DNA of 64,000 bases from an uncultured Actinomycetota bacterium (GTDB lineage: Bacteria > Actinomycetota > Actinomycetes > Streptosporangiales > Streptosporangiaceae), in the NCBI GenBank assembly GCA_963774905.1, contig CAVZHC010000003.1:142113-206112 (forward strand), in the 5' to 3' direction. The notes beneath the pieces are model-generated. The model was not told the origin of the DNA. It ran no database searches and saw nothing but the letters and a program-made list of their open reading frames with translations. Position numbers and translations under genes: made by a program. The stretch's first letter is position 1; each line of letters starts with the position of its first letter. This document shows, piece by piece, positions 41,046 through 57,512 of the stretch.

Positions 41046-42338
41046 ATGCAGGACCGGACGCATCGCAGGGCGCAGGCGAGGACGCGGCGCCCGGCACTGG
41101 CCATGGCAGGGATCCTGGCCGCCGCATCGACCGTCGGCCTGGCAGCCGCCTCGGCAGGGACCGGCCCTCCCGCCCGTATGCTCGCGGTACGGCTGACGTC
41201 GGCGCAGCTCAGGGCCGGGCGCCCGCCGGTGCCCAAGGACCAGGTCGGCGGCAAGCAGCTGGCCAGTCACGGCATCGTGGTGAACTACCCGCCGCGCGAT
41301 GCGCTGCGGCTGCCGAAGGTGCCGGCGTCGGCGTACGTGATCGCCGATGCCACCACCGGGGCGGTACTTGCCGCCAAGGACGCGCACGGGCTCTACCCGC
41401 CGGCCAGCACGCTCAAGGTGCTCACCGCCATCACCATGCTGCCGCGGCTGAGCCCGAACGCGACCGTCCTGGCCACCAAGCGGGCCGCGTCGGTCGAGCC
41501 CAACATCGTCGGGATCATCCCCGGCCACAGGTACAAGGTCGCCGACCTGTTCAACGCGCTGCTGCTGATCTCGGCGAACGACGCCGCGGTCGCCCTGGTG
41601 CAGGCCAGCGGGTCGTTCGCCAGAGGGATGGATCTGGTCAACGCCGAGGCGCAGCACCTGCAAGCCTACGACGTCGTGGCCAAGCAGCCGAACGGCCTGC
41701 CCGCCGCCGGCCAGGTGGTCTCCGCCTATGACAACGCGCTGATCGCCAGGCAGGCGCTGGCGATGCCGGCCTTCATGGGCTACGACTCCAGGCTCACGGC
41801 CAGGTTCCCGATCACCAAGCACAAGATCGTTACGCTGGTCAACCAGAACTACCTGCTGACCCAGTACCGAGGCGGCATCGGCGGCAAGATCGGCTGGACC
41901 ATGAAGGCCGAGGCCACCTACATCGGCATGGCCAGGAGGAACGGGGTCACGCTGATCGTGACGATCCTGCATGCCACCCCGCTGACCGAGATCCACTCCG
42001 CCGAGAAGCTGCTCAACTGGGGCTTCGCGATGGACGGCAAGGTCCGCCCGGTCGGCGTGCTCGTGCCGCCCCTGCCCGCCGCGCACGCCAGCACCACGTC
42101 GAAGAAGACGGCCAGCCACGGCAGCGCAAACCACGGTGCCAGCCGCCACGGATCAGCAGGCCACGGTGCCTCAAACCACGGGGCGGAGAACTCGATGGCT
42201 GGCGCGCCCCGCGACCCGCAGCGCGGATTTACCGCGGGCACGGGGGTCGCCGCCGGGCTCGCGCTCGGACTGGTCGGCGCGCTTGCCTGGGTCCGCCGCC
42301 GCCGCCGCACCATGCTCGGCAAGCGCTCGTCGAGCTAG
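41046..42338 (+). CDS. D-alanyl-D-alanine carboxypeptidase (S11 penicillin-binding protein) with His/Gly-rich repeat and C-terminal TM anchor
   Basis: Active-site PASTLKVLT (SxxK), SANDA (SxN), GGKIGWT (KTG-like). Tail SHGSANHGASRHGSAGHGASNHGAEN, then TM GVAAGLALGLVGALAWV. Confidence 0.85.
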   Translation: MQDRTHRRAQARTRRPALAMAGILAAASTVGLAAASAGTGPPARMLAVRLTSAQLRAGRPPVPKDQVGGKQLASHGIVVNYPPRDALRLPKVPASAYVIADATTGAVLAAKDAHGLYPPASTLKVLTAITMLPRLSPNATVLATKRAASVEPNIVGIIPGHRYKVADLFNALLLISANDAAVALVQASGSFARGMDLVNAEAQHLQAYDVVAKQPNGLPAAGQVVSAYDNALIARQALAMPAFMGYDSRLTARFPITKHKIVTLVNQNYLLTQYRGGIGGKIGWTMKAEATYIGMARRNGVTLIVTILHATPLTEIHSAEKLLNWGFAMDGKVRPVGVLVPPLPAAHASTTSKKTASHGSANHGASRHGSAGHGASNHGAENSMAGAPRDPQRGFTAGTGVAAGLALGLVGALAWVRRRRRTMLGKRSSS

Positions 42339-42374
42339 CCCGCCACGCCGGCGACCCGGCAGGCGCGGCCCGGG

Positions 42375-45282
<2,908 letters not shown>

Positions 45283-45388
45283 TCGCTACCCAACGAGACG
45301 GTGGTGGATACCGGGGCCGCAGTGGACGCGGGGGCCGAGGGCCGCCGCAGGCGGCCCTCGGGCAGTGGATGCGCGGCGATCTGGCCGG

Positions 45389-46549
45389 TCACCGGACGGG
45401 TACTCCTGGTCCCGCCGTGACGGCGGCCGGCGAGCCGGCCGGCGTCACGGCCACCTCGACCCGCTGGAACTCCTTCAGGTCCGAGTAGCCGGAGGTGGCC
45501 ATGGTCCGGCGCAGCGCACCCATCAGGTTCATCGAGCCGTCCGCGACCGTGGACGGGCCGTGCAGGATCTGCTCGACGGTGCCGACGGTGCCGACCCACA
45601 GCCGGTTGCCGCGCGGCAGTTCCGGGTGGTGCGCCTCGGACCCCCAGTGGTAGCCGCGGCCCGGCGCCTCGGCGGCCCTGGCGATCGGCGAGCCGACCAT
45701 GACCGCGTCGGCGCCGAGCGCCAGCGCCTTGGCGACGTCGCCGCTGCGGGTCATCCCGCCGTCGGCGATCACGTGCACGTACCGGCCGCCCGACTCGTCG
45801 AGGTACTCCCGGCGGGCCGCCGCCACATCGGCGATCGCGGTGGCCATCGGGACCTTGACGCCGAGCACCGCGGCCGTGGTCTGGCCTGAGCCGCCGCCGA
45901 AGCCGACCAGTACGCCGGCCGCACCGGTGCGCATCAGGTGCAGTGCGGCGGTGTAGGTCGCGCAGCCGCCGACGATCACCGGCACGTCGAGCTCGTAGAT
46001 GAAGTGCTTGAGGTTGAGCGGCTCGGCCTGGCTCGAGACGTGCTCGGCCGAGACCGTGGTGCCGCGGATGACCACGAAGTCGGCGCCCGCGTCGATCACG
46101 GCCTTGTGGTAGCGCAGTGTCCGCTGCGGCGAGAGCCGGGCGGCGATGGTCACCCCGGCCGCGCGGATCTCGGCGATCCGCTGGCCGATCAGCTCCTCCT
46201 TGATCGGCTCGGCGTAGATCTGCTGCAGCCGGGTGGTGGCCGCCTCGTCGTCCAGCGTCGCCACCTCGGCAAGCAGCGGCTCTGGGTCGGGGTACCTGGT
46301 CCAGACCCCTTCCACATCAAGCACGGCGAGACCGCCGAGCTTGCCGATCGCGATCGCCATGGCCGGCGAGACCACGCTGTCCATCGGCGCCGTCACCAGC
46401 GGCAGCTCGAACCGGTAGGCGTCGATCTGCCAGGCGATCGAGACGTCCTCAGGGCGCCTGGTGCGCCGCGACGGCACGATGCCGATCTCGTCGAGCGCGT
46501 ACGCACGGCGGCCGCTCTTGCCGCGGCCGATCTCCACCTGGGTCATCAC
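45389..46549 (-). CDS. guaB3: GuaB3-type IMP-dehydrogenase-related protein (no CBS insert)
   Basis: VEIGRGKSGRRAYALDEIGIVPSRRTR...LPLVTAPMDSVVSP. Immediately downstream of guaB. Confidence 0.85.
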   Translation of the reverse strand: MMTQVEIGRGKSGRRAYALDEIGIVPSRRTRRPEDVSIAWQIDAYRFELPLVTAPMDSVVSPAMAIAIGKLGGLAVLDVEGVWTRYPDPEPLLAEVATLDDEAATTRLQQIYAEPIKEELIGQRIAEIRAAGVTIAARLSPQRTLRYHKAVIDAGADFVVIRGTTVSAEHVSSQAEPLNLKHFIYELDVPVIVGGCATYTAALHLMRTGAAGVLVGFGGGSGQTTAAVLGVKVPMATAIADVAAARREYLDESGGRYVHVIADGGMTRSGDVAKALALGADAVMVGSPIARAAEAPGRGYHWGSEAHHPELPRGNRLWVGTVGTVEQILHGPSTVADGSMNLMGALRRTMATSGYSDLKEFQRVEVAVTPAGSPAAVTAGPGVPVR

Positions 46550-46555
46550 CGAAGG

Positions 46556-48977
<2,422 letters not shown>

Positions 48978-49373
48978 CCGGCCGCGGCCCGCAGCGGACG
49001 CTGCTGTGGACGCATGACGTCGCCATCGGCTGGACGCAGCCGTTCGATCTCAGCCAGGGTGCGATCCTCAGCGAGGAGGGCTACGCTTCGCTGGGTGCCG
49101 CCACCGGCCTGGTCTGCCCGCGGCAGGGCATCGCGCGGCAGGCTGGTCGCTGGCCGGCCAGCAATCCCCGGCCGGCAGTTCCTTGCCCGCCGGCAGCCGG
49201 CGTGCGAACCCGTTCAGACCGAAAGGCAGTTAGGTGGAGCAGCGCGTCAGCCTGATCGCTAACCCAGTCGGCCACCCGCGCGAGGTCGCGCACAACCTGC
49301 GCTGGACGCTGCCTGACGGCGGCGGCGTCCGGCTGGCCGGCTGACCAGCGCGGACCGCGGCGGCTCTGGGCCC

Positions 49374-50069
49374 ATGCCGGAACCTCGCCAGCCCGGCAGG
49401 CTGCTGTTCGGCACGCTGATCGGGCTCACGGTGATCAGCGGCCTGGTCGACGCGGTGAGCTACCTGGGACTCGGGCACGTGTTCACCGCGAACATGACAG
49501 GCAACGTGGTGCTGCTCGGGTTCGCCGCAGCCGGGGCCAGCGGGTTCTCCGCCGCTGCCTGCCTGACCTCGCTCGGCGCGTTCCTGCTCGGCGCGCTGGC
49601 GGCCGGGCGGCTGGCGCGGCGGCTCAGCTCGCGCCGCACGCTGCTCGTGCTGGCCATGTCCACCGAAGCCGTCGCGACCGGGGCGGCCGCGGCCATCGCG
49701 TTCGGGGTGACCAGCGTGGCGACCGGCTGGCCGCGCTTCACGGTCATCGCCGTGCTGGCGTTCGGGATGGGCGTGCGGAATGCCACCATCCGGCGGCTGT
49801 CCGTGCCTGACCTCACCACCACCGTGCTCACGATGACGCTGACCGGCCTCGCTGCCGACTCCGCGCTCGCGGGCGGCACCGGCGCGCAGAGTACGCGGCG
49901 GGTCGCCGCGGTCCTGGCGATGCTGGCGGGCGCCTGCGCCGGGGCCGCCGCCTACCTGCACGTCGGGGCCGGGGCGACGCTGGTGATCGGCGCGGCGATC
50001 GTACTGGCGGGCGGGCTGGTGTTCTGGCGGGCGGAAGAGTCGAGTGACCTGGACCGGGTCACTGCCTGA
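49374..50069 (+). CDS. YoaK/DUF1275 family membrane protein
   Basis: ISGLVDAVSYLGLGHVFTANMTGNVVLLG...TTTVLTMTLTG, polytopic. Confidence 0.75.
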   Translation: MPEPRQPGRLLFGTLIGLTVISGLVDAVSYLGLGHVFTANMTGNVVLLGFAAAGASGFSAAACLTSLGAFLLGALAAGRLARRLSSRRTLLVLAMSTEAVATGAAAAIAFGVTSVATGWPRFTVIAVLAFGMGVRNATIRRLSVPDLTTTVLTMTLTGLAADSALAGGTGAQSTRRVAAVLAMLAGACAGAAAYLHVGAGATLVIGAAIVLAGGLVFWRAEESSDLDRVTA

Positions 50070-50152
50070 CCGGTTCTGGCGGCGGCGCTGGACTCCCCGA
50101 GGCGCCTGGCGCACGGTTCCTGCCGGGCTCCCGGCTCGCCCGCGCCTCTGGC

Positions 50153-50890
50153 TTATGCCTTGCTGAGCACCAGCAAGAACTCGAGTATCCCGTGATTCTG
50201 GGTCGTCACGAAGCTGCCGAAGCTTGGATTCGGGATGCTCCAGTTGGCGAACGCGACCTGGATGGCGCCGGACACCTTGATCGCGGTCGCCGTCCGCTCG
50301 GCCGACAAGGTGAACGTGACCGGCCTGGTGTGCCCGTGCAGCGTCAGGGTCCCTGTCGCGCGGTAGTGCTCGATCGTCCCCGCGGCGGGCAGTGGCGCGA
50401 GGCTGATCGGATGGGTCAGCGTGAACGTCCCTGTTGGGTACGCGGCCACGTCCATGATCCGGCCGTCGAACTGCACGTCGCGCTCACTCTGGTCGCTGTG
50501 GATCGTGGCCATCTGGACGGTAAAGGTCGCCGCGGTGACCGTGTTCTTGCTGATCGTGAGGTGACCGCTGACCGAGTGGGACCGGCCGACCGCCAGGTTG
50601 TTCTGGCCGACCAGCACCTCCTTGACCCGGTAGCCCACCACCGACCCGGTTCCCACGTCCCAGGTGCCTGCCACCGATCCGTTCGCCGAGCTGCCGTTGC
50701 TCGTGGTTCCGGCGCCGGTCGCCGTGCCACTCGGTGCGGCGCTTGGTGCAGTGCCCGACTTCAGGCCGAGCGGAGCGGGCGCCTGGCCCTCGATGAAGTG
50801 GATGTACACAAAGGGACCGCCGACCGCCAGCACGACAATCGCCACGGCACCCGCGATCACCCACCTCAGCCAGCGCCTGCGTCCAGCCAC
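50153..50890 (-). CDS. YceI-like (polyisoprenoid-binding) domain protein with N-terminal membrane anchor
   Basis: TM anchor, Ser/Gly/Thr linker, then SVVGYRVKE...SERDVQFDGRIMDVAAYPTGTFT...TLHGHTRPVTF. Confidence 0.8.
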   Translation of the reverse strand: MAGRRRWLRWVIAGAVAIVVLAVGGPFVYIHFIEGQAPAPLGLKSGTAPSAAPSGTATGAGTTSNGSSANGSVAGTWDVGTGSVVGYRVKEVLVGQNNLAVGRSHSVSGHLTISKNTVTAATFTVQMATIHSDQSERDVQFDGRIMDVAAYPTGTFTLTHPISLAPLPAAGTIEHYRATGTLTLHGHTRPVTFTLSAERTATAIKVSGAIQVAFANWSIPNPSFGSFVTTQNHGILEFLLVLSKA

Positions 50891-50943
50891 CGCGCCACTC
50901 TCCTCGTCATCCGGCCGCCCGCACCGGATGCGGCCAACCTCAC

Positions 50944-51023
50944 CACGCCACCTCGCGGGCGGCGGTTACCTGGCCACACCTCGCGAACGCGACTACTGTC
51001 CACGCCACCTCGCGGGCCGCGGT
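50944..51023. repeat. Three direct repeats containing CCAC(A)CCTCGCG in the yceI upstream region
   Basis: CACGCCACCTCGCGGGCGGCGGT (50944) and CACGCCACCTCGCGGGCCGCGGT (51001) match at 22 of 23 positions. A half-similar copy GCCACACCTCGCGAACGCG lies at about 50973. Confidence 0.4.
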
Positions 51024-51305
51024 AAAGATCAACGCCGCCCGGCTGAGCCGCGAACGACCGTGAGTTGCCCGGCCGACCCTCAGCACCCACGAGTCTTACA
51101 GCATCCGCTCGGCAATCGCTCAGAACTTCCTCTGAGCTCCCTCTGAGACCAGCGCCCAGACCCCGTCTCCCGGACTCACGCCACCACGACCGGCCATCAG
51201 CACCCACACCGACCCGGCAGCCGGTCTATCAGACCCGACAAATAAGCACCGGGCATATGGGATATTGAGGCTGGATCTCTGTGGTTCGGGCGACGGGAGC
51301 TTACT

Positions 51306-51719
51306 GTGGCGGAACTGTCATACCCGAAGTTTCCGTTGCGGCCGCTGGCGGCGATCGGCGTTCTGACCGTGGCGCTGGGCACCGGAGCGATCCTCATCAA
51401 CCGGTCGCAGCCCAGCGTCGGCGATTGCGCGGCGGCGGCCGAGCACATCATGGCCAGCCACGACTACTCCGTGAGCCGGATGCGGGCGGACGGACCCGGG
51501 CCGATCCGTGCCTGCCACGGGTTGTCCGCCGGCCAGTTCAGCCAGGCACTGCTCGACGGCTACGTGATCGAGTACGGCCGGAACCTGCCGCGTACGCCCA
51601 TCCCGCACGACGTGCCACCGCCCGGCTACCGGGCGATCAGCGCGCGCTGGTCGCTGCGCTCCGGCGACAAGCCCAGTCCCCACTCGCGCGACAAGCCCGG
51701 CCTGACGGTCACGCCGTAG
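51306..51719 (+). CDS. Hypothetical membrane-anchored protein
   Basis: GTG-start ORF with one TM (LAAIGVLTVALGTGAIL). No recognisable domain. Confidence 0.4.
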   Translation: MAELSYPKFPLRPLAAIGVLTVALGTGAILINRSQPSVGDCAAAAEHIMASHDYSVSRMRADGPGPIRACHGLSAGQFSQALLDGYVIEYGRNLPRTPIPHDVPPPGYRAISARWSLRSGDKPSPHSRDKPGLTVTP

Positions 51720-51721
51720 CT

Positions 51722-52339
51722 TTAGGCGGTGGAGCCGTAGCGTTCCTCGATCGCGATGGCGCGCAGCCTGGCCAGGGCCCGGTGCTGCGCCACCCGGACC
51801 GCTCCCGGCGACATGCCGAGTGCCTGGCCGGTCTCTTCGGCCGACAGGCCGATCAGCACCCGCAGGCAGAGCAGCTCCCGCTGGTGCCGCGGCAGCCTAG
51901 CCAGCAGCGTCCTGGCGCGCTGCGCCTCCAAGCTGGCGACGACCGCTTCCTCGGGCCCCGGCTGCTCGTCGGGCCCGTCCGGCAGGCTGTCGGTCGGGAT
52001 CGCGAGCCGAGCTGCCATTCGCCGGGCGTCAGCCACCTTGTGCGAGGCAATGCCGAACACGAATGAGGCGAATGGCCGGCCCATGTCCTGGTACCTGGGC
52101 AGCGCGGTAAGGACCGCGATGCACACTTCCTGGGCCACGTCATCGGCGACCTGGTAGGGGTCGGCCACGTGACCGAGCCGAGCCCGGCAGTACCGAACCA
52201 CCATCGGCCTGATCTGCCGCAGCAGCGAGTCGACCGCGGCGGGCTGGCCGCGGACCGCCCGCGCAGTCAGATCGGTGAGGTCGGTCAGGTCCGCGCTGGT
52301 GGAAGGTGCCACGCTACCGCCGACAGCCTGCTGAGTCAT
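51722..52339 (-). CDS. ECF-type sigma-70 family RNA polymerase sigma factor (SigD/ShbA-like by position between guaB and groEL)
   Basis: Region 2 ([30 protein letters not shown]) and region 4 HTH ([29 protein letters not shown]). Confidence 0.85.
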   Translation of the reverse strand: MTQQAVGGSVAPSTSADLTDLTDLTARAVRGQPAAVDSLLRQIRPMVVRYCRARLGHVADPYQVADDVAQEVCIAVLTALPRYQDMGRPFASFVFGIASHKVADARRMAARLAIPTDSLPDGPDEQPGPEEAVVASLEAQRARTLLARLPRHQRELLCLRVLIGLSAEETGQALGMSPGAVRVAQHRALARLRAIAIEERYGSTA

Positions 52340-52433
52340 GCGCTCCCCCTTCGGCGTTCTCCGCCACGCATCAAGCGGTCATGCAGGCATGATGCCCAGG
52401 TAAAGAGCTAGCTTAATCATGGAATGAAGGATC

Positions 52434-52459
52434 AAAAAAACGCGGCCGGATTAGGCCGC
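52434..52459 (-). terminator. Candidate intrinsic terminator (minus strand): GCGGCC-loop-GGCCGC followed by T7
   Basis: The minus strand reads GCGGCCTAATCCGGCCGCGTTTTTTTGA. A T7 run is very rare in this GC-rich window. Confidence 0.5.
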
Positions 52460-52613
52460 ACCATTTGACGGCAATTCGGCCTGGCAAATGGAGTGCAATG
52501 TTAGCGAATTGCCAAAGTAACCCGACAGCAGCCAGATCCCGGACTTTCCGGCCACGCCAGGCACGTCGGCACCCGCCACGCCGGGGCTCCGCCACCTGCA
52601 TCCGCACGCAAGA

Positions 52614-52650
52614 CGGCGGGCCGGGACTCCTCATGAGTCCCGGCCCGCCG
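52614..52650 (-). terminator. groEL terminator hairpin (perfect 16-bp stem, 5-nt loop)
   Basis: CGGCGGGCCGGGACTC-CTCAT-GAGTCCCGGCCCGCCG, about 70 nt downstream of the groEL stop. Confidence 0.7.
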
Positions 52651-52717
52651 CCGCGAACCGCCCGGCCCGAGCCGACCGGCCCGAATTGCCCGGCCCGAAT
52701 TGCCCGGCCCGAACCGC

Positions 52718-54436
<1,719 letters not shown>

Positions 54437-54595
54437 TGTCGTAGTGGTGCGCAGCGCGCCGTTCATGCAGCCGCCCCGGCTGGCAGGGACCCCGGGAAGA
54501 CGTGCCTCCTGGGGCCACCTGCCGATCCGGGGCGGCGGGTTGACGCGCTCCCGCGCGCCTGGCACGAGCCTGGCCCGCGCCGAACTCCGGCTCGC

Positions 54596-54907
54596 TTACT
54601 TCTCGATGATCGCGAGCACGTCACGGGCGGAGAGCACGAGGTACTCCTCACCCGCGTACTTCACCTCCGTGCCGCCGTACTTGCTGTACAGCACGACATC
54701 GCCGACCTTGACGTCCATCGGGACGCGCTTGGAGCCAGCGTCATCGAAGCGGCCTGGGCCGACGGCGATGACCTCGCCCTCCTGGGGCTTCTCCTTGGCG
54801 GTGTCTGGAATGACAAGGCCGGACGCGGTCGTCTGCTCTGCGTCGAGCGGGCGGACCACGATCCGGTCTTCGAGCGGCTTGATAACAACCTTGGTGGCGG
54901 TCGTCAC
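54596..54907 (-). CDS. groES: Co-chaperonin GroES
   Basis: [47 protein letters not shown] start. Confidence 0.95.
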   Translation of the reverse strand: MTTATKVVIKPLEDRIVVRPLDAEQTTASGLVIPDTAKEKPQEGEVIAVGPGRFDDAGSKRVPMDVKVGDVVLYSKYGGTEVKYAGEEYLVLSARDVLAIIEK

Positions 54908-55001
54908 GATCTGACCTCCCCCTTACGGAAAGGGCTAGCTGAGTTACTAGAGAGGCGACCATGGGGCCTGCCGTCGCGGGTGCCAGACCATCCTCGTCGC
55001 G

Positions 55002-55028
55002 TTAGCACTCTACACCATCGAGTGCCAA
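55002..55028. promoter_or_regulatory. CIRCE operator (HrcA binding site) upstream of groES
   Basis: TTAGCACTC-N9-GAGTGCCAA versus the consensus TTAGCACTC-N9-GAGTGCTAA (1 mismatch). Lies about 95-120 nt upstream of the groES start. Confidence 0.85.
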
Positions 55029-55092
55029 GTCCGCACAGTAGCCCGCAGGCTCGGCGTCGTCAAGTCGGCACCGCCCGGCTAGGGTACGCCTC

Positions 55093-55950
55093 ATGGACCC
55101 CACCCACCCCGCGCCGGTCCTTCCCGAGGCTGACCAGCAGGTGAGCGAGGAACGCAGCAGGCGCGCGTCATCGTTCGGCACGGCGGCGGCCGCTTATGCC
55201 GAGCACCGTCCTGACTACGCTCTGGCGGCGATCCGCTGGGTGCTCGAGCCGATCGCCGGGCTGACCGGTCCGCCCAGGCTGCTTGATCTGGGCGCGGGCA
55301 CCGGCAAGCTCACCGGCCAGCTGGCCGGCCTGAGGCTAGACCGGGGCATGCCCGAGGTGACCGCCGTGGAGCCCGACCCGAAGATGCTGGCCGAGCTGCG
55401 CAGGCAGGTACCCGGCGTCACCGCGATCGCGGGCAGCGCCGAGGCGATCGGAGCGCCGGACGGGTCGGTCGACGCCGTGCTGGCCGGGCAGGCCGCGCAC
55501 TGGTTCGACCTGGACCGCGCGATGCCGGAGATCGCACGGGTGCTGCGGCCTGGCGGGGTGTTCGCCGGCCTGTGGAACGCCGACGACGACCGGGTGGGCT
55601 GGGTGGCCGGCCTGCATGAGGTGAGCGGGCGGCGCACCGTGACCGCCGAGCTGAGCGCAAGGAACAGCCACCAGGACGACGACGGCCCGCTCACCCGCTG
55701 GCTGCGCGGCCTCGGCGAGCGGCTGTTCCTGCCGGTCGCCGAGGCCATGTTCGACCATTCGCAGGCCAGGACCGCCGACTCGCTCGTGCAGACGCTGGGC
55801 ACCCACTCGATGTTCCTGATCATGGAACCGGCCGAGCGCGAGGCCGTGCTCGACCAGGTGCGCGGCTTCCTTGCGGCGACACCGCAGACCGCGTCCGGCG
55901 TGTTCAGCTGGCCGCTGGTGACGCTCGTGCTGCGCGCCGTCCGCCGCTGA
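55093..55950 (+). CDS. Class I SAM-dependent methyltransferase (type 11)
   Basis: LLDLGAGTGKLTGQL...VTAVEPDPKM...LRPGGVFAGLWN. Confidence 0.75.
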   Translation: MDPTHPAPVLPEADQQVSEERSRRASSFGTAAAAYAEHRPDYALAAIRWVLEPIAGLTGPPRLLDLGAGTGKLTGQLAGLRLDRGMPEVTAVEPDPKMLAELRRQVPGVTAIAGSAEAIGAPDGSVDAVLAGQAAHWFDLDRAMPEIARVLRPGGVFAGLWNADDDRVGWVAGLHEVSGRRTVTAELSARNSHQDDDGPLTRWLRGLGERLFLPVAEAMFDHSQARTADSLVQTLGTHSMFLIMEPAEREAVLDQVRGFLAATPQTASGVFSWPLVTLVLRAVRR

Positions 55951-55959
55951 CCAGCGCAC

Positions 55960-56991
55960 TCAGGCGGCCAGCACCTGGCTGACCGGCAGGCCGGAGTCGG
56001 CGGCGAAATCCGCGCCCGACGGCTCGGCACCGGCCGCGACCAGGTCAGAGCCGAGCGCGGCGACCATCGCCCCGTTGTCGGTGCACAGCCCGGGCCGCGG
56101 CACCCGCAGCGTGATCCCGGCCGCCTCGCAGCGCTCCGCCGCGAGCCCGCGCAGCCGGGAGTTGGCCGCCACGCCGCCGCTGATCACCAGGTGGTCCACG
56201 CCGCGGGCCAGGCACGCGTCGACCGCCTTGCGGGTGAGCACGTCGGCCACGGCCTCCTGAAAGGACGCGGCCACGTCGGCCACAGGCACGGCGAGCCCGG
56301 CGGCCTCCCGCGCCTCGACCCACCGGGCGACCGCGGTCTTGAGACCGGAGAAGGAGAAGTCGCTGGTTCCGTCCCGGTATTTAGCCCTAGGAAAATTAAC
56401 CAATCCCGGGTCGCCGGTCTTGGCAGCACGGTCGATCGGCGGCCCGCCGGGGAACGGCAGCCCGAGCAGCCTGGCCACCTTGTCGTAGGCCTCGCCCGCC
56501 GCGTCGTCGATCGTGGCGCCGAGCGGCGTGATGTCGCCGGTCAGGTCCCGCACCAGCAGGATCGACGAGTGCCCGCCCGAGACGAGCAGCGCGATCGCCG
56601 GGGCGGGCAGCGGGCCGTGCTCGAGCTGGTCGACGCTGATGTGCGCGGCCAGGTGGTTGACGCCGTACAGCGGCTTGCCGAGCGCGAGCGCGTACGCCTT
56701 GGCCGCGCAGACGCCGACCAGCAGCGCCCCGGCCAGGCCAGGACCCGCGGTGACCGCAATCGCGTCCACCTGGCGCAGGCCGACCCCGGCGGTAAGCAGT
56801 GCTCGGTCCACCGCGGGAACCATGGCCTCCAGGTGCGCCCGGCTGGCCACCTCAGGCACCACGCCGCCGAACCTGGCGTGCTCGTCCACACTGGATGCCA
56901 CCGCGTCGGCGAGCAGGTCGTGACCGCGGACCAGACCCACGCCGGTCTCGTCGCAGGAGGTCTCGATTCCGAGCACCAGTGGTGCGGTCAT
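55960..56991 (-). CDS. tsaD: tRNA N6-adenosine threonylcarbamoyltransferase
   Basis: [16 protein letters not shown]...[12 protein letters not shown]...VSGGHS...[10 protein letters not shown]. Confidence 0.95.
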   Translation of the reverse strand: MTAPLVLGIETSCDETGVGLVRGHDLLADAVASSVDEHARFGGVVPEVASRAHLEAMVPAVDRALLTAGVGLRQVDAIAVTAGPGLAGALLVGVCAAKAYALALGKPLYGVNHLAAHISVDQLEHGPLPAPAIALLVSGGHSSILLVRDLTGDITPLGATIDDAAGEAYDKVARLLGLPFPGGPPIDRAAKTGDPGLVNFPRAKYRDGTSDFSFSGLKTAVARWVEAREAAGLAVPVADVAASFQEAVADVLTRKAVDACLARGVDHLVISGGVAANSRLRGLAAERCEAAGITLRVPRPGLCTDNGAMVAALGSDLVAAGAEPSGADFAADSGLPVSQVLAA

Positions 56992-57512
56992 CGGCGCTCC
57001 TTGCCGGTGTCATAGCCGGCCGGGCGGCCGGCGTCGCCTGCGGGCCGCAGGCTGCGCCGCATCACCAGCGCGTCGGCGCCTGACGGCTGGTAGTAGCCGC
57101 GCCTGATCCCGATCTCGGTGAAGTCGTACCTGCGGTACAGCCGCTGTGCCCGCATGTTGTCGGTCCGCACCTCGAGGAACACCTCGCTGCAGCCCCGCCG
57201 CTCCGCCTCGGCGAGCAGCGCCTCAAGCAGCGCCGAGCCGATCCCGTGGCCCCAGTGCTCGGCTGCGACAGCGATGGTGACCACGTCGCCCTGCCAGCCG
57301 ACGCCGAGCAGGCCCGCGTACCCGGCGATCCGCCCGCCGTCGTCGGCGACCAGGTAGTACCGGCTGGCCGGCTGCTGCTCGAGCTCGCCGACCAGCATCT
57401 GCCTGGTCCATGCCTCCTCGCCGAAGACCGCGAGCTCAAGCTCGACGACCGCGTCCAGGTCGGCCACGGTCATCGGGCGCAGCGCCATGCTCACGGCACC
57501 CGGCCCGCTCAC
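56988..57512 (-). CDS. rimI: Ribosomal-protein-alanine N-acetyltransferase
   Basis: GNAT motif [15 protein letters not shown] and [27 protein letters not shown] overlaps with tsaD and tsaB. Confidence 0.8.
   Translation of the reverse strand: MSGPGAVSMALRPMTVADLDAVVELELAVFGEEAWTRQMLVGELEQQPASRYYLVADDGGRIAGYAGLLGVGWQGDVVTIAVAAEHWGHGIGSALLEALLAEAERRGCSEVFLEVRTDNMRAQRLYRRYDFTEIGIRRGYYQPSGADALVMRRSLRPAGDAGRPAGYDTGKERR

Noticed and set aside
48978-49373. An unassigned ~400-nt stretch with several short ORFs, for example the plus-strand 36-codon VEQRVSLIANPVGHPREVAHNLRWTLPDGGGVRLAG at 49234 and the minus-strand ORF 49081-49293.
   Set aside because: There are no recognisable motifs and the ORFs overlap in conflicting frames. 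It may be a degraded gene fragment, but I cannot support a call without a similarity search.
52340-52717. A WhiB-like small gene between groEL and the sigma gene, as in mycobacteria.
   Set aside because: Neither strand has an ORF with the four-Cys WhiB pattern. The listed ORFs (52413-53000 minus, 52465-52794 plus) are Arg/Pro-rich and overlap groEL or the terminators.
54437-54595. A second CIRCE operator or internal promoter in the groES-groEL spacer.
   Set aside because: No TTAGCACTC-N9-GAGTGCTAA-like inverted repeat is present. Only GC-rich imperfect hairpins were seen. A promoter cannot be judged from sequence alone.
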